Source of the DNA: Octopus sinensis
Lineage: Eukaryota
NCBI RefSeq assembly: GCF_006345805.1
Contig: NW_021835035.1
Span: 1 to 46,540, forward strand
Direction: 5' to 3'
DNA: 46,540 nt
The notes under the pieces: generated by a model
What the model saw: only the letters and a program-made list of their open reading frames with translations
Told to the model about the DNA's origin: nothing
Database searches by the model: none
Shown here: positions 1-11,709 of the stretch, in pieces
How positions within the stretch are numbered: position 1 is the stretch's first letter
How the letters are laid out: every line of letters starts with the position of its first letter
Translations under genes and position numbers: made by a program

Positions 1-193
1 ATAGATATTATATATATATATAATATTTACACATATATATATATATACACACCAGACACACAGACACAACACATATATATTTATATAATATATATCCATA
101 TATGTATAACATAGATATGTAAAAATGTATGTATCTATGTATATGTGTTTATGTGTGTATGTGCGTGTATGTGTGAGAGAGAGAGAGAGAGAG

Positions 194-231
<38 letters not shown>

Positions 232-240
232 TGTGTGTGC
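1..240. repeat. Compound (TA)n/(CA)n/(GA)n/(GT)n microsatellite
   Basis: Dinucleotide runs seen directly; source of spurious ORF 125-412. Confidence 0.95.
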
Positions 241-619
241 TCGCGTGCGCACAGTTCCAGAGGACAATATTAATATAATTGCTATTTTCCTATTACTATA
301 TACTCACATCAAAGTAAAACCATTCCCGGAATATTCCTCTATAATTAAACTAAATCTCAAAGACAGTGGTAAATTGAAAACCTTTGAGCTTTTCATGAAC
401 TATTTTCAGTAATTTCTATTTACTGCCCCTACCTTGCCCCTACCTATTTGTCTTATTTCTAAACGAGACATTCTTACTCCCACGGAACGCAGAGATGCAT
501 TATAAACACAGCGAGCGCACTCGCACTCCACATTTATATACCTGCATTTATTAACATATTTGTGTGTTTGTGTGTGTGTGTGTATATATATATATCTATA
601 TATATATATATATATATGC

Positions 620-666
<47 letters not shown>

Positions 667-688
667 AACGCACATATATATGTAATGT

Positions 689-979
689 GAGGCGCAATGG
701 CCAGTGGTTAGGGTAGCGGACTCGCGGTTTCGATTTCCAGACCGGGCGCTGTGTGTGTTTATTGAGCGAAAATACCTAAAAGATCCACGACACTCCGGCA
801 GGGGGTGGCGATCCCCGCTGTACTCTTTCGCCACAACTTTCTCTCACTCTTTCCTCTGTTGGCCTGCTCGCTTAGCTAGCGGGGTGGCGACATTTGAAGG
901 CTAAAACAATGCGAAGCGCATTGTGACCGGCGATGTGTAGCAGCATGTGATAGCCTGGTCGGTCACGTGATCACGTGAT
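689..979 (+). mobile_element. tRNA-derived SINE, family A
   Basis: Head GAGGCGCAATGGCCAGTGGTTAGGG (A-box-like) and GGTTTCGATTTCC (B-box-like); homologous copies at 11323 and 13455. Confidence 0.8.
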
Positions 980-1134
980 ATATATATAATATATGTAATA
1001 TATGTAATATATATATTACACACACACACACAAACACACACACACACCACAATATATATATATGTATATATATGTATATATATATATATATAATATATAT
1101 ATATATAATATATTATATCCACACATATATATAT

Positions 1135-1385
1135 ATCATCCCTAAATGTTTCCGCCTTCATTTCCACCCACTCTCCACAGTCGTTATGATAGATCGGTTG
1201 CCAAAACATACATTTGTTTCTCTCTCCTTGTGTTTTTTCTGTGTCCCTTCTGTAGAAGAGCGTAGGCTCGAAACGTAAAAGACTGGTTTCAACTCCTGAG
1301 CGTATATACGGTTAAAATTTTTTTAAAAACCATCTGTTGTTTGTACACCACCTGTCTCGTCTTTTGTTTTTCGTGAACTCTCCTA
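1135..1385 (+). mobile_element. PLE-like terminal fragment with degenerate HHR-like motif (1250-1283)
   Basis: CTGTAGA-A-GAGC-GTAG-GCTC-GAA-ACGT-A; core has A6->U; ends in (TA)n. Confidence 0.4.
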
Positions 1386-1524
1386 TTATATATAATATAT
1401 AATATATATATATATAGATTCAGATGAATATGGTACTTAAGTTAAGGCACCAGAATTTAGTACGGTATTTTCCATACAATTTCAAAATAAGGTGATAAAA
1501 ATCAAAATAAGCAACAAGGATAAC

Positions 1525-2790
1525 CAGAGGTAATGCAGTACGATCGTTTCATGCAACTCCATTTAATTGAACGTCTTTCTTGGTTTTCAACGAGATTTAG
1601 CATCCAGTCGGTAGATGTTTTGCCAGTCCAATTCTGGTGGATTTGTAGAATTCAAATTGGATCAAGCCTTGACCTCCTAGACATTTGGGTAGGTAAAAAC
1701 GATCTGCATCTGTCTTTGGGTGGTGCAACTTATTTTAAGTCAGCAGCTTACAGATGTTCCTGTCAATCTTCCTTATTTCTCTCATATTCCAGTTCAATAC
1801 ATTGAAACTGTAAATAACAACCGGAAATGCTACGGAATTTATAGCTAACACTCTGTTACTTGCATTTATCACGGATTTCAGGATCGCTCGAACCCCCCTT
1901 CCTGCTCTTCTCTTTCATGTTTGCATGCTGAATGCCAGAGCCCTAATTTATTCCGAGGTATTTGTAAGTGTGTTCCTGCTCGAGTTCTTTTTGACTGTGT
2001 CAACATCGAACACCACTGAATGAGAGTTCTTCGTTTTCCCTTCCTGGATTGTGGCCTTGACACATTTACCAAAAGCAAATTCCATCCCGATGTCATCTCT
2101 GAATGTTTTCGCAGTACATAATAGTCTTTCAAGCTCAGTATCGTCTTTGCCATAGAATTTTAAGTCATCCATATAAAATAGATTACTTATTTTCCTGTCG
2201 CCAATTTTATATCCATACCCTGTTCTATTAAGTTCCATTGTATGGTGTATGAGGGGTATACAAAAAATTAAACGCAAAAGTGAGCCAACTTCGAAAATGC
2301 TGCAGTTGACGTTAATATTTTTTGTGGTCAGTACTCCATTTGAATGGTATAATTGTAGATTCGTATTCCACATTAACTTGTGCCTCAGGAAATTTGAAAT
2401 CACAGGAGAAATTTTGAAGATATCCAGCGAGTTCAAGATCCATGAATACAGTATGCTGTCGAAGGCCATTTTATAATCAATCCATGCAGAACTGAGATTT
2501 CTGCGTTTCTTATGACTGTTCTCAAGGATCATGCGATTGATTAAGAGTTTGGTCTTTGCATCCATAGGAGCCTCGTCGGCACTCTTTTTGTTCAATGGGG
2601 AAAATATTGTTCTGTTTCATAAACCTGTGTGTTTTCTCCACGAGGATTGATGGTAAAATTTTATACGCGGTAGATAGATATGCTATGGGCCGATAGATTT
2701 GGGGAAATTTGGTTTCATTATTCTTTGGGAGTAGGTAAGTAATACATCTTGCTAACCTATCAGGTGTTTTCATATGATCTTTCATAATTT
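1525..2790 (-). mobile_element. R4/Dong-like non-LTR retrotransposon RT fragment, frameshifted
   Basis: ORFs 2522-2785 and 1948-2595 contain YRPI, CRRGSYGCKDQ, WIDYKMAFDS, GYGYKI, LFYMDDLK, DIGMEF. Confidence 0.9.
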
Positions 2791-2794
2791 CATA

Positions 2795-3175
2795 ATTTTG
2801 GTTGTCAATAGTTGCGGTGCTTGCTAGGGTACTCTATCGTTACGTTAATACTCTGGTGGATAGAGCTAGCTATTTGATGGATGCTCTCCATGATGCTAAC
2901 TTCAAGTTCATATGCATTCTCTTGCAGGGACCCATTTGCCATTATGCTGCTATCATTCACATAACGGAAGTATGTGGTTAGGATTATGGAGCTCTCCGCT
3001 AATCGTTCTTTGAAGCTCCTATCCCACTATGTCATAAATGGGTTTTCCACATCCCCAGAGACCCCGACGCCGATGAATGAATCTTCTTCTTGTGTGTATA
3101 TCTTGTTATTAAACTTGAGCATTTGACCCTTCAATATGACTTTAGTACTTGCAGCTACCACATGTGCATCCATTT
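2795..3175 (-). pseudogene. Penelope-like element RT fragment (not in ORF track)
   Basis: Manual translation: KFNNKIYTQEEDSFIGVGVSGDVENPFMT*WDRSF...YFRYVNDS...SIHQSINVTIEYPSKH, matching PLE RT motifs around YxRYVDD. Confidence 0.75.
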
Positions 3176-3479
3176 TTCTCGCCTGGTCCTAGATATTTGA
3201 CCATCCATGTCATTTGGACATATTTTCTATGGTTGTCGGGAGAGATTCGGTTACTTTTTAACTCTATTTATAAGTAAACTGATATAGTAGAAGCTCTCAG
3301 AAACTCATGTTTTACAAATAAGTAAATACGCCACCATATAAAGAAATTTAATACCTACTTCATGTAGCTTGGGGAACTTTCTCACAAGTTTATTCAAAGG
3401 AAATCTTACGAATTATAAAACTTATTTTGTCGGAAAGCATAAGTGAAATAGCACTTTCGTCAAAGAAACAGAAGCGACA

Positions 3480-3536
3480 TATACATACACACACACACAT
3501 ACTCACAAACACATACCACACACTATATATCTATAC

Positions 3537-3595
<59 letters not shown>

Positions 3596-3843
3596 GATAT
3601 ACTATATTATATTATAATATACATATATATATGCATATATATGTATATATATATTATAATATATATATATATATAATATATATAATATATATTTACATAT
3701 ATATATATTATATATATATATAATATATACATACAACATACATACATACATATATATATTATATATTTATAAATACATATATATATATATATAATTGTCT
3801 ATATATATACATATATATATTTATATAATATATATATATATAT

Positions 3844-3882
<39 letters not shown>

Positions 3883-3930
3883 GTGTGTGTGTGTGTGTGT
3901 TGTGTGTGTGTACATATATATACATACATA
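3480..3930. repeat. (TA)n/(CA)n/(TG)n microsatellite block
   Basis: Direct inspection. Confidence 0.95.
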
Positions 3931-4220
3931 CGCGTTCATACTAAGTACTTGTGACATGTTATATCAGTACTTGTAATTTAGCTGACAATGTTATATTATA
4001 GCTCGACAAGACACCTTCTAAGTTTGTTTCCATCTCTGTTGCATTACTTCAGCATGCTGTTTCTGTCAACGAGAAGGAGTGGCATACCTCGATGACATCC
4101 ACACACCCCACTCTCACATAACATAGACAATACACATAACATGCAGGAATAATGTACGTAACTCACAGATAGTATTCATAACATCATATAATATACGTAA
4201 TGCAATTTACTTAATACACT

Positions 4221-4380
4221 GGCGTGGCTGTGAGGTAAGAAGCTTGCTTCCGAAACACATAGTTTTGGGTTCAGTACCACTGCGTGGCATCTTGGACGTG
4301 CGTTTTCTGCTAAAGCCTTCGGCCAACCAAATCCTTGTAATTGAAAAAGGTAGACGGAAATTGAACGAATCCTATATCGT

Positions 4381-4385
<5 letters not shown>
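4221..4385 (+). mobile_element. SINE family B, 5' part
   Basis: GGCGTGGCTGTGAGGTAAGAAGCTTGCTTCC...GGGTTCAGTACCACTGCGTGGC, homologous to copies at 4457, 22960, 36040, 37075 and 39790. Confidence 0.8.
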
Positions 4386-4416
<31 letters not shown>

Positions 4417-4456
4417 TATATATATATATATATTATATATATATATATGTATATAT

Positions 4457-4626
4457 GGTGTGTTGGTAAGTAAGCTTACTAACCAACCAATTGGTCCGGG
4501 TTCAGTCCCACTGCGTGGCAATCTTGGGCAAGTGACTTCTGCTATAGCCCCGGGCCGACCAATGCCTTGTGAGTGGATTTGGTAGACGGAAACTGAAAGA
4601 AGCCTGTCGTATATAATATATATAAT

Positions 4627-4665
<39 letters not shown>

Positions 4666-4862
4666 TGGTCTGTGTTTGTCCCCCTAGCATTGCTTGAAAC
4701 AGATGCTGGTGTTGTTTTTACGTCCCCGTCACTCAGCGGTTCGGCAAAAGATACCGATAGACTAAGTACTGGGCTTACAAAGAATAAATCCCGGTGTCGA
4801 TTTGCTCGACTAAAGGCGGTGCTCCAGCATGGCCGCAGTCAAATGACTGAAACAAGTAAAAG
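4457..4862 (+). mobile_element. SINE family B, near full length with internal microsatellite
   Basis: tRNA-like head, GGGTTCAGTCCCACTGCGTGGC, internal (TA)/(TG), tail GGCGGTGCTCCAGCATGGCCGCAGTCAAATGACTGAAAC. Confidence 0.85.
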
Positions 4863-4864
4863 AT

Positions 4865-5953
4865 ATGTTTATTCCTATTTTTGTGATGGGAATAAATAGG
4901 AATAAAAATAGGAATAAACATATCTGGTTTGTAATTCCCTTTGGTAAGCAGATTAGAATTAATCTTCCCCTCCTGTTTCGCCAAGCCATTGCCAGCAACT
5001 TCCCCAGAAATTCCAAATATTACTCCACGGTTAACTCACATAAAGTTAGGATAGCTTTCTCCAACACAAAAAACCTTTCCCAGATAATCGCCTCCCATAA
5101 TAATAGGCTGCTTATTAAGACCCTATCACCATTGTCCGGAGGCGCAACTCCGTCCGATCCCAGTTTAACGCGCAGTAGGAATAATAATAGGAGTAATAAT
5201 GATAAAAGAGCCAGTACAGTGACTGGTAATCTCAGTACCAACCAGGGAGTAAATAATAGGATTAGCGATAGAAGAAATGGTGATGTTAATAACGTTAGTA
5301 ATGGTAATACGGAGGTGAGCGCAGTTCGGGTCATTAATGTAGAGAGTCCTAATAGCAACTTTAGCAACGGTTCCGACAATAGTAGGTCCACGGATACTAG
5401 CAATCACAGCGTTCTCAGTGATAGGGAATACACAGGTGATAGTCCGTTAATTAGTATTGATAGGGAGGAGTATAATGTAGTAGGCGGCCGCAGTTCTCAC
5501 AGCCAATATAGTAATAGGAACGCAGTTTTAATATCAGAAGCTAATCCCAATAGAATAAGGTTCTTGTCTAGTAACTCCAGGATCAGAAATGCCATTTACC
5601 AATGCAATGTTTACACGGATGCGGATGTCTACTCGTATGTCGGGGCCTCATCGTCAAAACTGGCCTTGAGAATATCGAACCATTTCGCAACTTTTCGCGA
5701 CGTTAATAAATACCAAGCCACAGGACTTAGCAAACTTATATGGCGTTTGAAGAATGCGAATTCAGTTTTTAGGCTGGAATGGTCGATTTTGTCGGTGGCC
5801 CTCCCATTTGATAGAGGCAGAAGGATGTGTAATCTTTGTAACTCTGAGCTTTTCCACATATTGTTCGCCAGAGGCCGTTTGGTAAACGGTCTTTTACAGA
5901 CTGCTTTTCGATGTCCCCATTGGCGGCGTCATACTTATCTTACATATAAATGA
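4865..5953 (+). CDS. 5'-truncated Penelope-like element ORF: post-RT thumb region, long low-complexity linker, C-terminal GIY-YIG endonuclease (362 aa, uninterrupted)
   Basis: HIWFVIPF...KVRIAFSNTKNLSQIIASHN resembles PLE WFNPP...KVSYS...IISSHN; AIYQC...YVG...LRISNH...LSKLIWRLK...WSIL...CNLCNSE...LVN...CPH matches the PLE GIY-YIG signature. Confidence 0.85.
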   Translation: MFIPIFVMGINRNKNRNKHIWFVIPFGKQIRINLPLLFRQAIASNFPRNSKYYSTVNSHKVRIAFSNTKNLSQIIASHNNRLLIKTLSPLSGGATPSDPSLTRSRNNNRSNNDKRASTVTGNLSTNQGVNNRISDRRNGDVNNVSNGNTEVSAVRVINVESPNSNFSNGSDNSRSTDTSNHSVLSDREYTGDSPLISIDREEYNVVGGRSSHSQYSNRNAVLISEANPNRIRFLSSNSRIRNAIYQCNVYTDADVYSYVGASSSKLALRISNHFATFRDVNKYQATGLSKLIWRLKNANSVFRLEWSILSVALPFDRGRRMCNLCNSELFHILFARGRLVNGLLQTAFRCPHWRRHTYLTYK

Positions 5954-6436
5954 TACCTAAGACAATTAACACCTTGATACACTATTAAAATGAAAATAAT
6001 TTTTGGAAAAAACTTTAAAAAAAATCTCTGAATATCTTTTGCAAATGCTGGAATTATATACCCTCATGATTCTTTGACGATGATAATTATAGACAGGCAG
6101 GCCACAGACGGACACACGAAAACAGAATTATTTCAGCCGTCTGACAGGCTTTTTTCAGCAGTGCTCATTATCTAGCGCCCCTCGCCAACATACGACCGCG
6201 CACACATAGGCTATTATACACATACATGCTTTTAGGTAGGTTTTGTCTCGCCCCCCAAAAAATACACCCTGTATTCTTAAAATATTCAGAACATTAGCTT
6301 TGGTCACATAGAACATCTCCACACTCCTTGTTCTCATTAATTCCTCACCTACTAGATTTGACCGTGGCCTGACCTGGATTTATTCCAACGGACCTTTTGT
6401 CGGCCCCCACCAACGTACATTGATAAACATTTTACC

Positions 6437-6657
6437 CATGGGCTCTTAAGGAGCGTCCTCGTTCGAATTGCTTTGCTGCGCCTTTGTTTTGTTTTGTTCT
6501 GACAACGTAATTCCTGGTTTTTCCTGAAGAGAAAGCTGCAATATGGTATCCTTATTTAATCAGAATTTGGAAAATTGTGGCCTTTGAAACATGTGTAGAA
6601 TGTAATAAAAGGAATTCTGTGCAATCTTCGTTCAACTCCATTTCTTCTAATCACTAA
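6437..6657 (+). mobile_element. PLE-type terminal repeat with decayed HHR (6521-6600), same family as the 33-kb palindrome
   Basis: Aligns to 33262-33493; CTGAAGA-GAAAG...CCTTT-GAA-ACATGTGT-A-GAA; C11.1 lost. Confidence 0.7.
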
Positions 6658-6819
6658 TTATATAATATATATATATATATATAGATCAATAAATGGTGGG
6701 GTTGTGTTGACCGCACGTGGAGAAATGATAAGCAATGAAAAATTGTAAAAATGCAGAATGCTCGATTGAAAGAAAATTTTAATGAATTGAGAAAATGAAA
6801 AAATATATAAATATATATT

Positions 6820-6861
6820 TATTCAAACCGGTTTTCGTCATAGTTTGACTTATCAAGAATA
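6820..6861 (-). ncRNA. Type I hammerhead ribozyme motif with U3-A8 core variant
   Basis: Minus strand UAUUC-UUGAUAA-GUCA-AACUA-UGAC-GAA-AACCGGUU-U-GAAUA: 5-bp stem I, 4-bp stem II, palindromic stem III. Confidence 0.65.
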
Positions 6862-7912
6862 GTTAGGTGAAAAGGTTTTTTAAAAATGAGAAAGGGGAAA
6901 AAAAATGCATTGTTTTTGCAAAAGAATAATAGTAGTAAATATGTATAAAAATTAAAAAATAAGTACTCCGATACATTGTGAGTTCGTTGTGTATCTTGAG
7001 TTTAATGATAGTTCATGAAAAATTACCTTGAGTATTAGGATCCAATGGGATTAAGGCCATGTGTTGTTTGGTTTAATTTAGGATGTTGGCAAAACAGGAA
7101 GTAGTAGTAATTGTGGTTCTTCAGTTCCTGTGTTGTGTATAAGGGGAGACAACTCTTTTGAGTTCTTCAGTAAAAGCTGCTGATAAACCCCAAGTTATAA
7201 AATTGTCATTTTAGCTTCATTTGCATTATCTTTTTTATATAATTGTTTGTTAATTTAACTTTCAGATTTTAACACTTATTTATATTATTTTCTAATTATA
7301 TAATTTGCATAGACAATTGCATTTCAGATTGTTATATCATAAATAATAAAGATGATGGTAATAACAACAATAGTAAAAATGATATTTAAAGAGTATAAGT
7401 TTTTCCTTGAAGTGATGAATTTATGGTATCCTTATATATTTGTGTGAGTCCATCCATGAAGAATGAGGTAGAAAAGGGAAGTTTGATCAACGAGGAATTT
7501 GTATATTAAGTTGTGTTTGGAATTTTTCAATAAAGAGATTCTCCTTGTTAATTCTCTCCTGTGTGGTGATCCCGTCTTTACATTGGTAGAAGGGGAATAT
7601 ATAGAATTTGGGGCCACATAGACTCATGCGCTAAAGACTTAAACCCCAAATTTATTGAAGAAGGAATTAAAGTTTTACTTATTTTTGTCGTGCGTGGGTT
7701 ACGAAAAACTCCAGACATGTTCTCACCACCAAACAGAAGATGAACACAAACTTCAAATTCGAAATTTCTATTCACATTTGACAAGATAAAATTCATCGTC
7801 GACGCCGGTATTATTTTCCATTGTTTGTATATAAATATTTTTAAATCCTTTTATAAAATTCTTTTATAATTTAAAATTTTTAGATTTATTTCTGCGGTGC
7901 TTTTCCCTCCAT

Positions 7913-7978
<66 letters not shown>

Positions 7979-8295
7979 ATATTATATATATAATAAATAC
8001 ATACACACATACATACATACATACATACATACATACATACATACATACATACATACATACATACATGCAAGTGCAGCTCTAGAAAAACCCAAGTTTTCAC
8101 AAGTTGTTTTGTCATGAATACATATAGCGTTTATAAATTATGGAAAATCTAATAATGAAAACAAAAGCAAAGAATACGTGTTGCAATTTTTAAATGACTT
8201 GGCGACAAACAGAAAGTTCGGTGGAGAAAAAAAGCGGATGGAACAGAGAAAAGAAAGTGGAATTGAAAGAATGAACGAACAAAAAAACCGGAGCA

Positions 8296-8332
8296 CTAGA
8301 TAGATACACAGATAGGTAGGTAGGTAGGTAGG

Positions 8333-8363
<31 letters not shown>

Positions 8364-8547
8364 GTAGGTAGATAGAAAGATAGATAGATAGATATATAGA
8401 TAGATAGATATATAGGTAGATAGATAGATAGATTGATAGATAAATACATACATACATAGACAGATAGATAGGTAGATAAATATATACACACATACATAGA
8501 CAGATAGATAGATAGATAAATACATGCATAGACAGACAGACAGACAT

Positions 8548-8581
<34 letters not shown>

Positions 8582-8600
8582 TGACAAGACAGATATATAC
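8296..8600. repeat. (GATA)n/(GGTA)n/(GACA)n tetranucleotide microsatellite
   Basis: Direct inspection; source of YLSI-repeat ORFs. Confidence 0.95.
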
Positions 8601-8924
8601 ATAGAGAGAGAAAGAGAGAACGAGGAAGAGAGAGGTATCAAAGATAGTATTATTTATGTAATTTTCCATTTTCATAATACATTTTCCTTCTATGTTTTGT
8701 CTCTCTCAGCCTTCTATCTTAGCATTTTTCCTTCCAACATAACAGAAACAATGGAATTCAATGAAAAAAACGACACACTTTCGCATTTCATATCTTGGTT
8801 TTCAAGTTTTGGCACAGGGCGAGCAAGTTCCGAGGGAGAGGTTGAGTTGATTACATCGACCCCAATGCACGGCTGGAACTTCTTTCATCGAAATCAAAAG
8901 AGAGAAAGACGAGAATGACCACGG

Positions 8925-9012
8925 GGAATTTGAACTCAGAATGTAAAGATGGAGGAAATGACACGAAGTATTTCGTCTGGTGTGCTACCGATTCTGCCAG
9001 ATCGACGCGGTT
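8925..9012 (-). mobile_element. Fragment of SINE family C (Nin/Deu-domain-like)
   Basis: GGAATTTGAACTCAGAATGTAAAG...CTGCCAG, homologous to 14135 and 29600. Confidence 0.6.
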
Positions 9013-9170
9013 GCATTTCATATATCGAAATTCTTTTGACATGCATATGTGTCAGCCAATTGAAATGGACACACACACGGACACACACACATACACGCAC
9101 ACATACATACATAACTATACGCAAACATACAACAAAATTATAATATTTAACACACGAACAAATCTACACC

Positions 9171-9221
<51 letters not shown>

Positions 9222-9827
9222 ATATATTAAATTAGAGATAACCTACTATTATGCAACTCAAACAATATAAATTTATATTTATATTGTAAATTGATTTAAT
9301 CCTAAATTCAATTTTTCCCTGTAAGTTTGGATATACTCCCTAATATTATTATTATTAGTAGTAGTAGTAGTAGTAGTATTGTTGTTGTTGTTGTTGTTAA
9401 TTTATTATTATTATTATTTTATATGTATATATATATATATATAATATATATATAGACATGTATGTTTAGATAAATACATACATGCAAGCATATATATATA
9501 TATATATATATAAGGACGTCTTTTGTTTATGTCCTGTAGTTTGTAACTGTGTACAATTTCTCTGTTATTTCGTCTTTGTTTTCGTGTACATTCGGTTGCT
9601 TTCTTCCAAGGAATCTAGTGCTCCTAGGTTAGATTTTCTTGTGTTCGGCCAGATTGGAGCAGACTCGAGTGTAACTGGCCGAAACTGCCGAGAAATCTGG
9701 AACTCGACTGAGGATAGAAAACATTGAATGACTCGTCCTTGTTTTTCCAGTCCTTTTTTGTATCGTCTAATTGTACGGATGGCTTGTTGTCGCCTGTTAC
9801 ATTCTTGTTCCATTTTTTGTTTTCTTT

Positions 9828-9867
<40 letters not shown>

Positions 9868-11322
9868 TTTGAATGTGTGTGTATGTGTGTGTGTGTATGT
9901 GTGTGTGTGCATGTGTGTGTGTGTGTATGTGTGTATGTGTGTGTGTGTGCGTTTGTTCCTGACCGAGTTGCCGATTTTGATGTATGGGGTATCAAAAGAC
10001 TCAAGAATATTACCGCTAATTACTAAACATTATTTTCATTGACATATTCCTACAAAAATAGAAAATTACAATGTTTTCCATAACTCAACTATCGTAGGCA
10101 TTTTATACGACGACGACGATGATGACGTCATATTTTCTATATGGGTGTGTACATTAAAAGTCATCCATCATTACGACACACACCTTCAGTCACTCACTCT
10201 ATCTCTCTCTCTCCCGGACACACACACACGTCCATTTCATATACAAGTACATAATCTTATTTTTACGGAATGAACGAATGAAACACAGAATGAGAAAAAG
10301 ACAGAGACAAGCGAAAGAAACAGAGACAGGAAACAAGCTTCTATTGAAGCTGAAAGACGGATGGCGGATGAGTGACAGACGCTGATGTTTCATATCCTGT
10401 GTTCTATAGTTGAAAGTGAAAGAAAGCCAGCTCAAAATTGATACTGTATTTTCTATGGGCAAAGGTGAAAGAAAGCGGCACAATGAGAGGGGAAAGCGGG
10501 AGAGAAGGCGATGCGAAGAACCTCAAAAATGAGGTCGTGTCGTACAATTTTAAGGTCATCTTCCCTTTCGTCCCACGTTTCACGCGTGTGTAGGATTAGA
10601 CATTATCTTTCTCTGTCAACTCCTTATTATAACATACGGAGGCCTGCTGTTAACATTTTACAACTTCACTAAATTTCCTTCTTTTGGAATTAAGAAAGGT
10701 ATGTAAAAATAACTCTGAGAGAGAGAGAGTGAAACGTGTGAGTACCACTTACACACACATGCAAAAATTTCATACAGCGCAACACACACCTTCACTCAGT
10801 TACTCACTCTCTCTCTTTCTCACACACGTCCATTTCATATACACGTACATATACATCTTTCACTTTCTCCTCTCACTTCAAAGTAAATGTCTCCTTTTCA
10901 CTTTCTCCTCTCTTTCAATTTATGCTCTCTTCAAAGCATAAAGAAATTAAAATAATTTCACGGAAATTAACGAACAGTCATATGATTCCATATATTTCGT
11001 GTTGACAACTTTTTTCTTCATCCGAAAGAATGCCACAAAATAACTTCCTTTGACACACACACACACACACACGCACTCATACACACACATATACATATAC
11101 ACACACTCACACACATTCACACACTCTAGGTAAAACTTCTGTATGAATTATATTAGTTTCTATGTGCGTATGTGTCTGTCAGTGTCTGTATATGTTTGCG
11201 CGTTCCTTACGTACAGTAAGGTCGATGACTGAAAAATATATATTTTTGAATGACAAATTGAATTATGCCTTCTGAATTTTCTTGGAGCTTCACTTTTTTC
11301 CCCGTGATATTCAATCTTGTAT

Positions 11323-11709
11323 GTGGAGGCGCAATGGCCTAGTGGTTAGGGCAGCGGACTCGCGGTCATAGGATCGCGGTTTCGATTCCCAGACCGGGCG
11401 TTGTGAGTGTTTATTGAGCAAAAACACCTAAAAGGTCCACGAAGCTCCGGCAGGGGATGGTGGTGATCCCTGCTGTACTCTTTCACCACAACTTTCTCTC
11501 ACTCTTACTTCCTGTTTCTGTTGTACCTGTATTTCAAGGGGCCCGCCTTGTCACTCTCTGTGTCACGCTGAATATCCCCGAGAACTACGTTAAGGGTGCA
11601 CGTGTCTGTGGAGTGCTCAGCCACTTACACGTTAATTCCACGAGCAGGCTGTTCCGTTGATTCGGATCAACCGGAACCCTCATCGTCGTAACCGACGGAG
11701 TGCTTCCAC
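11323..11709 (+). mobile_element. tRNA-derived SINE family A, full length with 11-bp TSD
   Basis: A/B-box head; CAATCTTGTAT duplicated at 11312-11322 and 11710-11720. Confidence 0.9.

Noticed and set aside
125-1278. ORFs rich in YI/CV/HT repeats here and throughout the window
   Set aside because: Translations of (TA)n, (TG)n, (CA)n and (GATA)n microsatellites; no coding signal
5020-5407. Minus-strand ORFs of 127 and 80 aa
   Set aside because: Antisense shadows of the low-complexity linker of the PLE ORF
6050-6125. Expected HHR downstream of the GIY-YIG ORF
   Set aside because: Could not find a CUGANGA/GAAA pair with supporting stems
11325-11400. tRNA gene
   Set aside because: A/B boxes are present but there is no complete cloverleaf; it continues into a SINE body with a TSD and has multiple diverged copies
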